A DNA stretch of 64,000 bases from Candidatus Poribacteria bacterium (GTDB lineage: Bacteria; Poribacteria; WGA-4E; PCPOR2b), in the NCBI GenBank assembly GCA_965116925.1, contig OZ220744.1:1696001-1760000 (forward strand), in the 5' to 3' direction. Each line of letters begins with the position of its first letter. Within the stretch, counting starts at the first letter, position 1. Positions 49,689 through 59,089 of the stretch are shown piece by piece. A program made the position numbers and the translations under genes. Under the pieces are notes generated by a model, which ran no database searches, was not told the origin of the DNA, and saw nothing but the letters and a program-made list of their open reading frames with translations.

Positions 49689-50027
49689 CAGCGAGGGCCG
49701 CCTTATGCTCAACTGTTGTAAAATTAACGGGAAGCCCTATCAAATCTGGATTGATAATATCTTTCCACATATCAAAACAAAATTTCATACAAGCGATTAT
49801 TATTTTAGCAATATTTTTCAGAGACTTGAAAAGGCTAACTACTCTCCTCTGAAAAATCGGCAAAAAGCATTGATTTTCTCTGATGTTTCAAGTAGAATAT
49901 AATCAGTGTTGAGAGTATTTCCGCTTTTGGCTCTCAACGATTTACCCCCCGCGCTTAGAACATGCGCGTCGTAAATCAGGTTTGTGCTATTAAAGCATAC
50001 CTCAACTTATAGTGGATCTTAGGATTA

Positions 50028-51392
50028 CTAAAGTTTAGACAATTCTTATTTTCTTGATGTAGTCCTATCAAGGGTTTGTTGAATATCGTCGGCATTGATG
50101 TTTTTACCGAACATCGCAGAAACTAATCGGTTTTCCATTAAAGCCCGTAGATACCGCACCATCAACCCGCGTGTCAACTTAGCGGGTCGATACCAATCAA
50201 TGCCCAATGTCTGAGTTACCTGCTCGATGGTTACCGGCGTGTCAGTATGGGAAGTGACAGCAAATAGCAATTGGGTCATGCAACAGGCAACGAAACTGAG
50301 TTGGACAAACCGATTGATGCTTTTTCGACACTTGACCCGATAGGTGTCAAAGCCGAAGTGTTGCTTGGTGTCCCGAAAGGCGGTCTCAATCAACCATCTC
50401 TGTCGGTAGTATCGCACAATCTGCGGTAAATCTAGGGTTAAGTCAGTGGTAAAGACACAGAAGTATCGAAACGGCTTACGCCTTTTGTCACGGGTTCGCA
50501 TCACCACGACCCGAACGGGTTGTGGACACATTTTGGTTCGGGCGACTCTGGTTGCTATGGCATACTGTTTATCGTCAATGTCAGTCGTTTTATACCGCAG
50601 ATACGGCAGATGAATCCGTTCACCGTATCTCTTAGGTCTGCCGGGTTTGGATCGCTTGGGCGGAGTAGGTAACCGATAGAACACTGCATTCGACTTGGCA
50701 CGACACAACAGGTGGTGTCCCGCTTTAAGGACACAGCCAAACACTTTCTGTCGAGCGAATCCCCGGTCAAAGATAATCAGACCCGCAGGGATGCGGTTGC
50801 ATATCCGCTTCAGAACTGACTCACTAGTGTCGCGCTTTGTCTGTGGACACATCAACTTGACAAACACCGGAAAAAGTATCGTCTCGTGGACGGTGCTACA
50901 AAGTAATCCCAATGCACCAAACTGGTGACCATGGTGAAACTTCGATTGATTCGTGTTGCGTGTGTGATAGCGATGGTTCTTGAAAAAATGAAGTCCAAAC
51001 TGCGTCTGGCCGGTCTTTCGTGCGTGCGTCTCATCGTAAACGTAGACCCAGTTATCGAAACACCCCTGTAGCAACTTCAGCAGATGGTGAGCGACCCTAT
51101 CGGCGTCCCACTTGCCACGCGAAAGGAACTTCACCAGCGAGTGGTAACCCGTTTTCGGACGAACCGCTTGATAAATGCCGGTCAGCGTCGCACCCTCGCG
51201 CTGTGTGATAAGTCCCACAACAAAAACACAAAACAGATGAAAGTTTTGAGACTTGAATAACGGACGAAAATCGGTTAAAATAGCATTCAGGCAGAATATG
51301 AGGTACATAACTTCTCCTTTCAAAATTGTGATGGATTTCTGAAAGGATAACCTCTTTTCTGCCTTTTTGCATTAAAATTGTCTAAACTTTAG
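50028..51392 (-). mobile_element. Insertion sequence, IS4/IS701-like DDE element
   Basis: Perfect 17-bp TIR CTAAAGTTTAGACAATT. 8-bp TSD TAGGATTA at 50020-50027 and 51393-51400. Confidence 0.92.
50046..51308 (-). CDS. DDE transposase (IS701/IS4-like)
   Basis: YDETH, FDRGF, YRQRWLIETAFRDTKQ; RBS AGGAG before ATG 51308. Confidence 0.92.
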   Translation of the reverse strand: MYLIFCLNAILTDFRPLFKSQNFHLFCVFVVGLITQREGATLTGIYQAVRPKTGYHSLVKFLSRGKWDADRVAHHLLKLLQGCFDNWVYVYDETHARKTGQTQFGLHFFKNHRYHTRNTNQSKFHHGHQFGALGLLCSTVHETILFPVFVKLMCPQTKRDTSESVLKRICNRIPAGLIIFDRGFARQKVFGCVLKAGHHLLCRAKSNAVFYRLPTPPKRSKPGRPKRYGERIHLPYLRYKTTDIDDKQYAIATRVARTKMCPQPVRVVVMRTRDKRRKPFRYFCVFTTDLTLDLPQIVRYYRQRWLIETAFRDTKQHFGFDTYRVKCRKSINRFVQLSFVACCMTQLLFAVTSHTDTPVTIEQVTQTLGIDWYRPAKLTRGLMVRYLRALMENRLVSAMFGKNINADDIQQTLDRTTSRK

Positions 51393-53595
51393 TAGGATTA
51401 ATGAAACACTCCAAATTGGTAGGTCTGCGCCGTTTCAACCCACCACGGCACCTACCGGGGCGAAAGTGTCTATTTATTTTTAGAATTCACCATAATTGCA
51501 TTGTCTACCACCTCCACCCATTTGGAAAGAATTATGAATGATGATCACCCGAAACAAACATCAAATTTCCTAGATGTAGACGCCCCTGGGATCTTAGAGG
51601 ACATAGCAGAGGCACTACCAGCCGATGTCGCTTTCCTGCCATCTGAGGACATGGCGCGAGTTTATAAACTTGCTCATATGGTTGCCCAGTCTTCAAATAC
51701 GACCATAGTACTTAGTGGAGAGAGCGGTGTTGGGAAAGAAGGAATTGCACAGCTCATTTATAAGCTTGGTTCTCGAAAAGGGAAGCCATTCACCGTAGTA
51801 AACTGCGCGAGTTTTCAGAATAACGAACAGTTAGCCCTTAGTCAGATCTTTGGTCACATAAGAGGAGCATATACCGGCGCAGATAGAGCGAACCCTGGAC
51901 TCATTCTCGAAACTATGGATCAGGACTTAATCCTTGATGAAGAACAGGTGTGGTATAAACCACCGAAAGACAAAGAGGGTGGTATTTTATTCCTTGATGA
52001 AATTCACACCCTGCCCTTAGTTGTTCGATCACAATTACTTGTTTTTCTAGACTCTTATGCTTTCCGACCGCTAGGTGGAGGGCACCAACATCAACGACAG
52101 GTCAATATTCAAATCATTGCAGCGACAAACCAAGACCCCCACGAGGCATTAGGCCCAATGGATTTTCGTCAAAGACTGATGCAGGCCCACATTCATATCC
52201 CGCCCTTACGGGAGCGACCAGAAGACATTCCAGAACTGATACGCAGCTTCATGAAGAGCCACAATGATCTATATAAAACTAAGATTAATATTACGCCGGG
52301 CGCTCTTAGTGAACTTAACGATCGAGACTGGGATGGTAATATCCGCGAGCTAAAAACGATAATTAACCAAGCACACATCGTGGCAGCTTCAGAAAATATA
52401 GAATTGGATGCACGAGCTATAGAACTCGCATTTTACATGATGCAGCACGGGGACCTCCCGGGGCAAGTGCAGCCCCAAACAAAGGAAAAGATACAACTTT
52501 TATGGGGGAACTTATCTCCAAAAGAGCTTTGGTTGAGTTTGCATCAGGATTTTCCAGCACGTGAATTTGACAGATTACCCGAGGGCGAGCAGCTATTTCA
52601 TATTCGTACTGCGGCAGCTATGTTATCATCAACTGTAGGGAATCCAGATTCTTCAGAAGATGCTTCAGACCAGTGTAGGACAATGCCACCCCCGATTTCA
52701 ATGCCAAACGATTTACTAGACGAACTGACAGAGGAGTTCAAGGTAATCAGGGACTTTCTCAACAACCAGAGGCAGGGGACCAAGAACCGAGGGCGAGGTC
52801 GTCCTCCTATAGAAATCGAAAATATCCTAGGCGCATATTATTACATAGCCAAATACCATTGTGACTGGGATGATTTGAAATCGCTGACGGACTCGAAAAT
52901 AGATTATCCCTCACACGATACCTATAACCGTTTTTTTGCAGAGCAGCTTTATGAAAGGGAGTCATGCAGCAATATAGCAATGCAAGACAGCATTGAGAAC
53001 TACATTAATGAGTATACAGCATACGAGAATATGGTGCAGATTCCGGTCGGTGATTTCTACATGGGGAGTAACACTGAAGACACTGAAGATGACGCAAAAC
53101 CACAGCACAGGGTCTATGTGGATGAGTTTTCTATAGACCAGTCTGTGGTGACGAATGAGGAATATCAAGCATTCGTTCTTGCCAATCCCAAATGGCGAAA
53201 ACCGCCGGAGTCGCAAAAAAAAGATTCTAACCTCTACTATGATGCACATTATTTATTTCTTTGGACAGGAAATGATTACCCAAAAGGGAAAGGCAAGCAT
53301 CCTGTCGTCTACGTGAGTTGGTATGCGGCAATGGCGTATGCACAGTGGTTAGGGAAACGCTTGCCCACAGAAGCTGAGTGGGAAAAAGCGGCGCGCGGAA
53401 ATTTAGAAGATCAAGATTATCCGTGGGGCAACTCTATCACTGACAGACAGGCGAATTATCGATCTTTTGATAGGCATTATGCACCAGCCTTGTCAGTGGC
53501 TAAGAGTTATTACGACCCAAGCAGCTGTTTGTATAATATAGTGGGCAACGTGTGGGAGTGGTGTTTGGATGACTATGATCGCGATTACTACTATA

Positions 53596-54534
53596 ACCCA
53601 AGTTGCTACCTATAATTGAGTAGTTGGTTGGAGTTAAAGTTGATAGATACTGCTTGCTAATACAAACAAGACCACTTTCAATTCAAATCCTTGTTGTGTT
53701 ACGGCATGAATCGAACGAGGCAGCAATCGCTCAATTAAACTGCCAGCGGTCTCGACAGACTTACGATGGCAAGCCGCCACATAGGTCTCCCACTGTGGAT
53801 AAGGTCGCTTGGAATTCTGTTTGCGTGTCGGCTTGAGGTCCACTCCAATGGTTGCCAATATATCCTCTATCTCATAGTTATTGTATGCTTTATCCCCGTA
53901 GACACAACTGCCCGGTGGTAAGTCAAAATCAAAATACTGTAATCCCTCGACATCACTCATGCTTGCTGGCGTTAGAAAAAACTCAACAGGCTGTTGGCTC
54001 GCTGTCACTAACAGGTGAACTTTCAAGCCATAGAAGTACCGACGCTTGGACGCTTGATACCCACGAAATGCCTCATCGGTATACAGTTTTGACCGACTAA
54101 TGCGGATATTGTCACAGACCGCAATAGGCAGTGTATCTATCGCATAAATCTGCTGTTGATTGAGTTTTACATAACTTTCGGCTAAGATTTTGAACAATGT
54201 GATGAACATCGGTTTAATCCGATGCAACCGTCGATTGAAACGACTTTTTGACAGCATATTGGGGATATAGCCATGAGTGTGTAGAAAGTCACAAGTCACT
54301 TGGAAGTTACCACCGAAAAACAACGCAGCGACGACCCCGGTGGTCATGACCTCGGCGTCAGTCATCTGCGCCTGTGGAGAGGTTTTTGAGTTAAGTGCTT
54401 CTAACAGCTTGTCACAGAGATAGAAAATGGTTACAATTTGTAGGTCCATGGGTTTCTCCTTTTGAGGGGGTATGGGTGAATCCCCTCAAGTTTAACGGAA
54501 AACCCATGGATTTTCAATAACTAGCAACTTGGGT
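53596..54534 (-). mobile_element. IS982 family insertion sequence
   Basis: TIR ACCCAAGTTGCTA / TAGCAACTTGGGT. 7-bp TSD TACTATA at 53589-53595 and 54535-54541. Confidence 0.93.
53634..54449 (-). CDS. IS982 family transposase
   Basis: MTDAEV, SRFNRR, AIDTLPI, YFYGLKVH, GDKAY, RKSVET. Confidence 0.93.
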   Translation of the reverse strand: MDLQIVTIFYLCDKLLEALNSKTSPQAQMTDAEVMTTGVVAALFFGGNFQVTCDFLHTHGYIPNMLSKSRFNRRLHRIKPMFITLFKILAESYVKLNQQQIYAIDTLPIAVCDNIRISRSKLYTDEAFRGYQASKRRYFYGLKVHLLVTASQQPVEFFLTPASMSDVEGLQYFDFDLPPGSCVYGDKAYNNYEIEDILATIGVDLKPTRKQNSKRPYPQWETYVAACHRKSVETAGSLIERLLPRSIHAVTQQGFELKVVLFVLASSIYQL

Positions 54535-54788
54535 TACTATAAGAAACCGGAAAAAAATAATCCACTGGTAACGAACCAAGGGATAGATCTCAAATGGCTG
54601 GCGGATAAGGATAATTTTACAAATCTTGATGGAGAGACCCGGGTGGTAACTCGAGGTGGAAGTTATGCAGATTGGCGTGGGACACTAAAAGTTTTCACAC
54701 GCAATGCTAACACAAGAAAATCGACTCATCCAACGCTTGGCTTCAGATGCGTTCGTGAAGGGGCACGCAAGCAATAAAACAAAGAACA

Positions 54789-54907
54789 CTAGTACTCAGT
54801 CAGATAAGTTTTGCATATCAACAAGGGGATCGGGTGACCCGACCCCTACGAAGTACTATGAGTCTCAATCCATATAGACAATCATAATTTGCCTGACAGT
54901 GTACTAG
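54789..54907. mobile_element. MITE family B, copy 2
   Basis: 119-bp direct repeat of 41468-41586. Confidence 0.88.
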
Positions 54908-54977
54908 CGGAGCAGCATATTTGTTGGATAACACGTAATTGTCCAGTTAGTACTATAGAAGATGAGAAGATGCCCTT

Positions 54978-56927
54978 ATGATCGACCGTCTGAAAAATAG
55001 ACTGAAGTTTCAGATTGAACAACTACTGTTACGCGGTGCAAACGCTCGATTGCTATTTATTGCGTCCCTAGTTGGCATTGTTGCTATCGCCGGCGGTTTG
55101 CTGGTACAAGCAACAGACACCCCCTTTGATGGTAACAACACGGCAATCTGGTGGGCATTTTTGCGTCTGACAGATCCGGGATACTTGGGAGACGACGAGG
55201 GCCTATCACGTCGTATGATTTCAACGGCCTTGACGGTGCTTGGATATGTCCTTTTCATGGGGTCGCTGATTGCAATTATGACGCAGTGGCTCAATCAAAA
55301 AATTCGCAATTTTGAGAGTGGGCTCACCCCTATTGTGCGGCGCAATCACATTTTGATTTTGGGCTGGACAAACCGGACGCCCGCCATTGTCGAAGAGTTG
55401 ATGTACTCTGAAGAGCGTGTCCGTCGGTTTCTAGAACTGCTCGGTGCCCGTGGATTACATGTAGTCATCCTATCCGAAGATGTGAGTTTAGAGCGAACCA
55501 TGGAATTGCGGAGTGTCCTCGGCCCGCTGTGGGATGCACGGAAGATTACATTTCGATCAGGTATCCCCCTACGGATGGAACATCTGGAACGAGTGGATTT
55601 CCGAAACGCCATTGTCATTATTTTACCGGGGGCTGATTTTGCTTATGGCAGCGCAGATGAATCTGATACACTCATTGTTAAAACAGTGCTATCAATAGCA
55701 AATCAGCAAGGTGCTAGGAGAAGTCAACCTTTACCTTTGTTGGTAACAGAACTTTTCGATCCGAGTAAAATTTTCATGGCACAAAAGGCTTATCAAGGGA
55801 TTTTGGAAATCTTAGCAACGGATGTTTTTATTACACGCTGCATGGCGCAGAACATACGCCATCCGGGATTATCACATCTATTCCACGAAATCTTGTCCCA
55901 CAGACAGGGAAATTCCATCTATATCCGTACCTTTGAATCGTCTACGGGTGCTCGTTTTTGGGAGTTGGCGGGGGCGTGTCCCAAGGCGATTTTACTCGGT
56001 GTAGTGCGTCCTCATCGCGAAGGGTTTCTCTCCATACTCAATCCAGCCAGCGATATGATTTTAGAATCAGGGGACCGCTTGGTCTTTTTGTCCCAGACGT
56101 ACCAAGATTGTGAAATACCGAAAGATTTCTCATCGGAACAGTCACCCCCTCAATTTCAGCCTCCATCACGGCAGAGATCTCAGATTCAAATTGAGCGGAA
56201 GCGACGAATCTTGATTTTGGGTTGGAATCACAAAGCTGCACGGTTGATTGGCGAACTGGACGACTATCTGCTAGAACAGTTCGAGATTTCGACGCTGTCT
56301 CGTAAGCCTACTGTTGATAGAGAAATTGAATTGGCACAGCAAGGAATTGACCAGGGCCGCGTGACAGTAAACCATTATGAAGGCGATCTCACTTCCCTCT
56401 CGGATTTGGAAGCCGCACAGCCAGGCAGCTACGATAATGTGGTAATATTCGGGAATGATTGGTTAGAAACGCAAGAAAAATCGGACGCACGGACAATTAC
56501 GGGACATCTAGTGTTAAAGAATGTACTTGAAGGATATGCCCAGGAACCGCGGATTTTGGTTGATTTGATGGATGCTAACAACATCGGGTTGTTTGAGGAT
56601 GAAAACATGGATGTATTGGTAACGCCGGTGATGGCAAGTCATGTATTGGCGCAAGTTGCACTGCGGCGGGAACTGAATGCGGTTTATGCAGAGCTGTTTG
56701 GTGCTAGTGGTGCGGAGATATGTTTTCGATCTGTCACAGATTATAACATAGCCGATCAGAAAATAAGGTTTGGAGCACTCAAGGCAATAGCGGCAGACCG
56801 TGGCGAAATTGCACTTGGGATTCGCCGCCAAGATAGCCCAATCGAGTTAAATCCGGTACAAAACCAAATTTACATATTGCAGGAAACGGATGACCTTGTT
56901 GTGTTAGTTCGGGAGGATGCAGTATGA
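54978..56927 (+). CDS. CASTOR/POLLUX (DMI1)-like cation channel with tandem RCK domains
   Basis: Pore WWAFLRLTDPGYLGDD; two ILILGW RCK starts; QNIRHPGLS. Confidence 0.82.
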   Translation: MIDRLKNRLKFQIEQLLLRGANARLLFIASLVGIVAIAGGLLVQATDTPFDGNNTAIWWAFLRLTDPGYLGDDEGLSRRMISTALTVLGYVLFMGSLIAIMTQWLNQKIRNFESGLTPIVRRNHILILGWTNRTPAIVEELMYSEERVRRFLELLGARGLHVVILSEDVSLERTMELRSVLGPLWDARKITFRSGIPLRMEHLERVDFRNAIVIILPGADFAYGSADESDTLIVKTVLSIANQQGARRSQPLPLLVTELFDPSKIFMAQKAYQGILEILATDVFITRCMAQNIRHPGLSHLFHEILSHRQGNSIYIRTFESSTGARFWELAGACPKAILLGVVRPHREGFLSILNPASDMILESGDRLVFLSQTYQDCEIPKDFSSEQSPPQFQPPSRQRSQIQIERKRRILILGWNHKAARLIGELDDYLLEQFEISTLSRKPTVDREIELAQQGIDQGRVTVNHYEGDLTSLSDLEAAQPGSYDNVVIFGNDWLETQEKSDARTITGHLVLKNVLEGYAQEPRILVDLMDANNIGLFEDENMDVLVTPVMASHVLAQVALRRELNAVYAELFGASGAEICFRSVTDYNIADQKIRFGALKAIAADRGEIALGIRRQDSPIELNPVQNQIYILQETDDLVVLVREDAV

Positions 56928-57799
56928 AGAACTTGCAAGAGATTGTTGACGTATTAAAGAAAAAGCTTATCTCTTTGGGAGATGTGACGATAACACCAGC
57001 TGTTTTGATATCGGTTGTGCTGATCCTGATAGGGGCATTTTGGCTGTCGCGCTTTTTGCGGGGTGTGTTGCGACGCAATGTGTTTAGACGGACACACTTG
57101 ACCATAGGCACACAGGAGACCGTCTTCCGCATATTGCACTATATCATAATGTTGCTGGGCGTATTTATTGCCATACAACAAGTTGGGGTGGACCTAACAA
57201 CCTTGGCTGCGATAAGTGCGGTATTGATGGTCGGAATCGGCTTGGGGCTACAAAATATCACCAGTAATTTCATCAGTGCACTCATTCTACTGTTTGAGCG
57301 TCCCGTGCAGGTAGGTGATTTTGTTGAGGTTGGTGGCGTCCAAGGTCGTATTCGCAGGATTAAAACACGCAGTTCAATAGTCGAAACGCTAGATAATGTG
57401 GCTATCATTGTGCCCAACTCAAACTTTATAACTGATAACGTAACAAATTGGAGTTATCGAGATTCAAAAGTGCGGATTCATATATCTGTCGGCGTGTCTT
57501 ACGGCTCAGATGTTGACTTGGTCGCAGAGACCTTGTTACAGGTGGGGCATGCCCATCAAGAGGTGTTGTTGAATCCCGAACCGACGGTACAATTTTTGGA
57601 CTTTGGCGACAGTTCACTTAACTTTGATTTGTTAGTTTGGATCAATGATGCTTCCCGCCAATACGTTATAAGGAGTGCCCTAAATTTTGCTGTTGTAAAA
57701 GCATTTCGAGAACAAGGTATTACAATTCCATTCCCGCAGCGAGATTTGCACATCCAAACTGCTGTACCACTTGAGTTTAGCCAAAGAGATTCAGATTAA
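56924..57799 (+). CDS. Mechanosensitive channel MscS family protein
   Basis: GLGLQNITSNFIS, ERPVQVGD, VPNS, VGVSYGSD, IPFPQRDL; ATGA overlap with the channel gene. Confidence 0.94.
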   Translation: MKNLQEIVDVLKKKLISLGDVTITPAVLISVVLILIGAFWLSRFLRGVLRRNVFRRTHLTIGTQETVFRILHYIIMLLGVFIAIQQVGVDLTTLAAISAVLMVGIGLGLQNITSNFISALILLFERPVQVGDFVEVGGVQGRIRRIKTRSSIVETLDNVAIIVPNSNFITDNVTNWSYRDSKVRIHISVGVSYGSDVDLVAETLLQVGHAHQEVLLNPEPTVQFLDFGDSSLNFDLLVWINDASRQYVIRSALNFAVVKAFREQGITIPFPQRDLHIQTAVPLEFSQRDSD

Positions 57800-57824
57800 T
57801 CATGAAAATTAGCGTAACTCTACT

Positions 57825-58982
57825 ATGACTAAAGTCGGTTTAAGCGTTTTATTTAGAGAACAGTCGGGGTTCATTGAAGGGCGATCCATCGGGTTAATCA
57901 CCAATCAAACCGGAATTGACTCACAATTTCGGAGTAATTTAACACTGTTTGCCGAACATCCGAAAGTCGAACTTGCAGCAATTTTCAGCCCGGAGCATGG
58001 CATATTGGGGAACGCGCAAGCTGGAATCCAGATCGCCTCCGCAATCGGCAAAGGGGGACAGACCCCGATCCACAGTCTCTATGGGAACACCCGGCAGCCA
58101 ACGCCGGAGATGCTCGCTGGAATTGATGTATTGGTGTACGATATCCAAGATGTCGGCTCTCGTTTCTATACATATATTTCGACGCTGCTCCGAGCGATGA
58201 GCGCAGCTGCGGCCAACAGTGTGGATTTCATTGTCCTCGATCGTCCGAATCCGATTCGCGGTGATTGCGTCGAAGGAAATCTACTGCAGCCAGCGTTCCG
58301 ATCCTTTGTTGGGGAGACAGCGATTCCAATCCGGCACAGCATGACCGTCGGTGAACTCGCGCAATTTTGTCAGGCAGAGCTTGATGCTGCACCATCACTT
58401 CGACTGCATGTTGTTCCGATGCACGGTTGGAGACGGGCGATGTGGTATGATCAGACCGGACTGCCGTGGGTGCCACCCTCACCGAATATGCCGACCATCG
58501 AGACGGCAACGTTGTATCCCGGCACCTGTCTAATCGAAGGCACCAACCTGTCCGAAGGACGGGGGACAACCAAACCGTTTGAGTGGATAGGGGCACCGTG
58601 GATAAATCCAGACAGATGGGCGGATATGCTCAACAATCTGTACCTCCCGGGCACCCATTTCCGGCCAATTCACTTTACCCCTACTTTTTCTAAATATGCA
58701 GAACAACTGTGCCACGGTGTGCAAGTTCATGTCACAGATCGGGACCAATTCAAACCGGTTGATGTTGGCTTACATCTTATCGCAACGGCTCAACGGGACT
58801 ATTCGGATCAGTTCAAGTTCATAAAAAATAGGGGACGGTACTTCTTCGATCTCTTGGCTGGGACTGATACATTACGGTTGAGACTTATGGCACGCGAATC
58901 GGCTACTAAAATTGTTCAGTCTTGGGAGGCAGAGGTGGAAAAATTTACTGAGCGATGTCGTCCATATTTCATTTACGATTGA
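57825..58982 (+). CDS. namZ: Exo-beta-N-acetylmuramidase NamZ (DUF1343)
   Basis: TNQTG, FSPEHG, DIQDVGSRFYTY, DRPNP, PSPNMP, SEGRGT. Confidence 0.9.
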   Translation: MTKVGLSVLFREQSGFIEGRSIGLITNQTGIDSQFRSNLTLFAEHPKVELAAIFSPEHGILGNAQAGIQIASAIGKGGQTPIHSLYGNTRQPTPEMLAGIDVLVYDIQDVGSRFYTYISTLLRAMSAAAANSVDFIVLDRPNPIRGDCVEGNLLQPAFRSFVGETAIPIRHSMTVGELAQFCQAELDAAPSLRLHVVPMHGWRRAMWYDQTGLPWVPPSPNMPTIETATLYPGTCLIEGTNLSEGRGTTKPFEWIGAPWINPDRWADMLNNLYLPGTHFRPIHFTPTFSKYAEQLCHGVQVHVTDRDQFKPVDVGLHLIATAQRDYSDQFKFIKNRGRYFFDLLAGTDTLRLRLMARESATKIVQSWEAEVEKFTERCRPYFIYD

Positions 58983-58986
58983 GGTT

Positions 58987-59069
58987 GTAGGGAACGCAGA
59001 TCTGCGTTCCCTACGAAATGGAATCTACACTCACTCAGTTTGGGTGTCGAGATATGAATCTCGACCTAC
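58987..59069. repeat. Two REP-like palindromes
   Basis: GTAGGGAACGCAGATCTGCGTTCCCTAC at 58987-59014; GTCGAGATATGAATCTCGACCTAC at 59046-59069. Confidence 0.85.
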
Positions 59070-59089
59070 TACATACCTGCTTGACAAAC

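Larger units (their letters stand above)
50008..51494. mobile_element. Diverged family A MITE split by an IS insertion
   Basis: Left end TATAGTGGATCTTAGGATTA at 50008-50027. The remainder, 51393-51494, ends GAATTCACCATA. Confidence 0.75.
51534..54777 (+). pseudogene. Sigma54 enhancer-binding AAA+ protein fused to an FGE/SUMF1 domain, interrupted by IS982
   Basis: AAA+ motifs GESGVGKE, GAYTGA, LFLDEI, AATN, GNIREL. FGE motifs FYMGS, HPVVYVSW, RLPTEAEWEKAARG, GNVWEW. After the IS come RGGSY and LGFRC. Removing the IS and one TSD restores the frame (DYYY-KKPE). Confidence 0.9.

Noticed and set aside
53030..54777. FGE domain as a diversity-generating retroelement target
   Set aside because: No reverse transcriptase and no template-repeat copy of the 3' end were seen in the window.
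54529..54777. Independent 82-aa gene
   Set aside because: It is the severed 3' end of the sigma54-FGE gene; its TTG start lies in the IS982 terminal repeat.
59018..59089. N-terminal extension of anmK
   Set aside because: It is translated REP DNA; ATG 59090 fits the family better.
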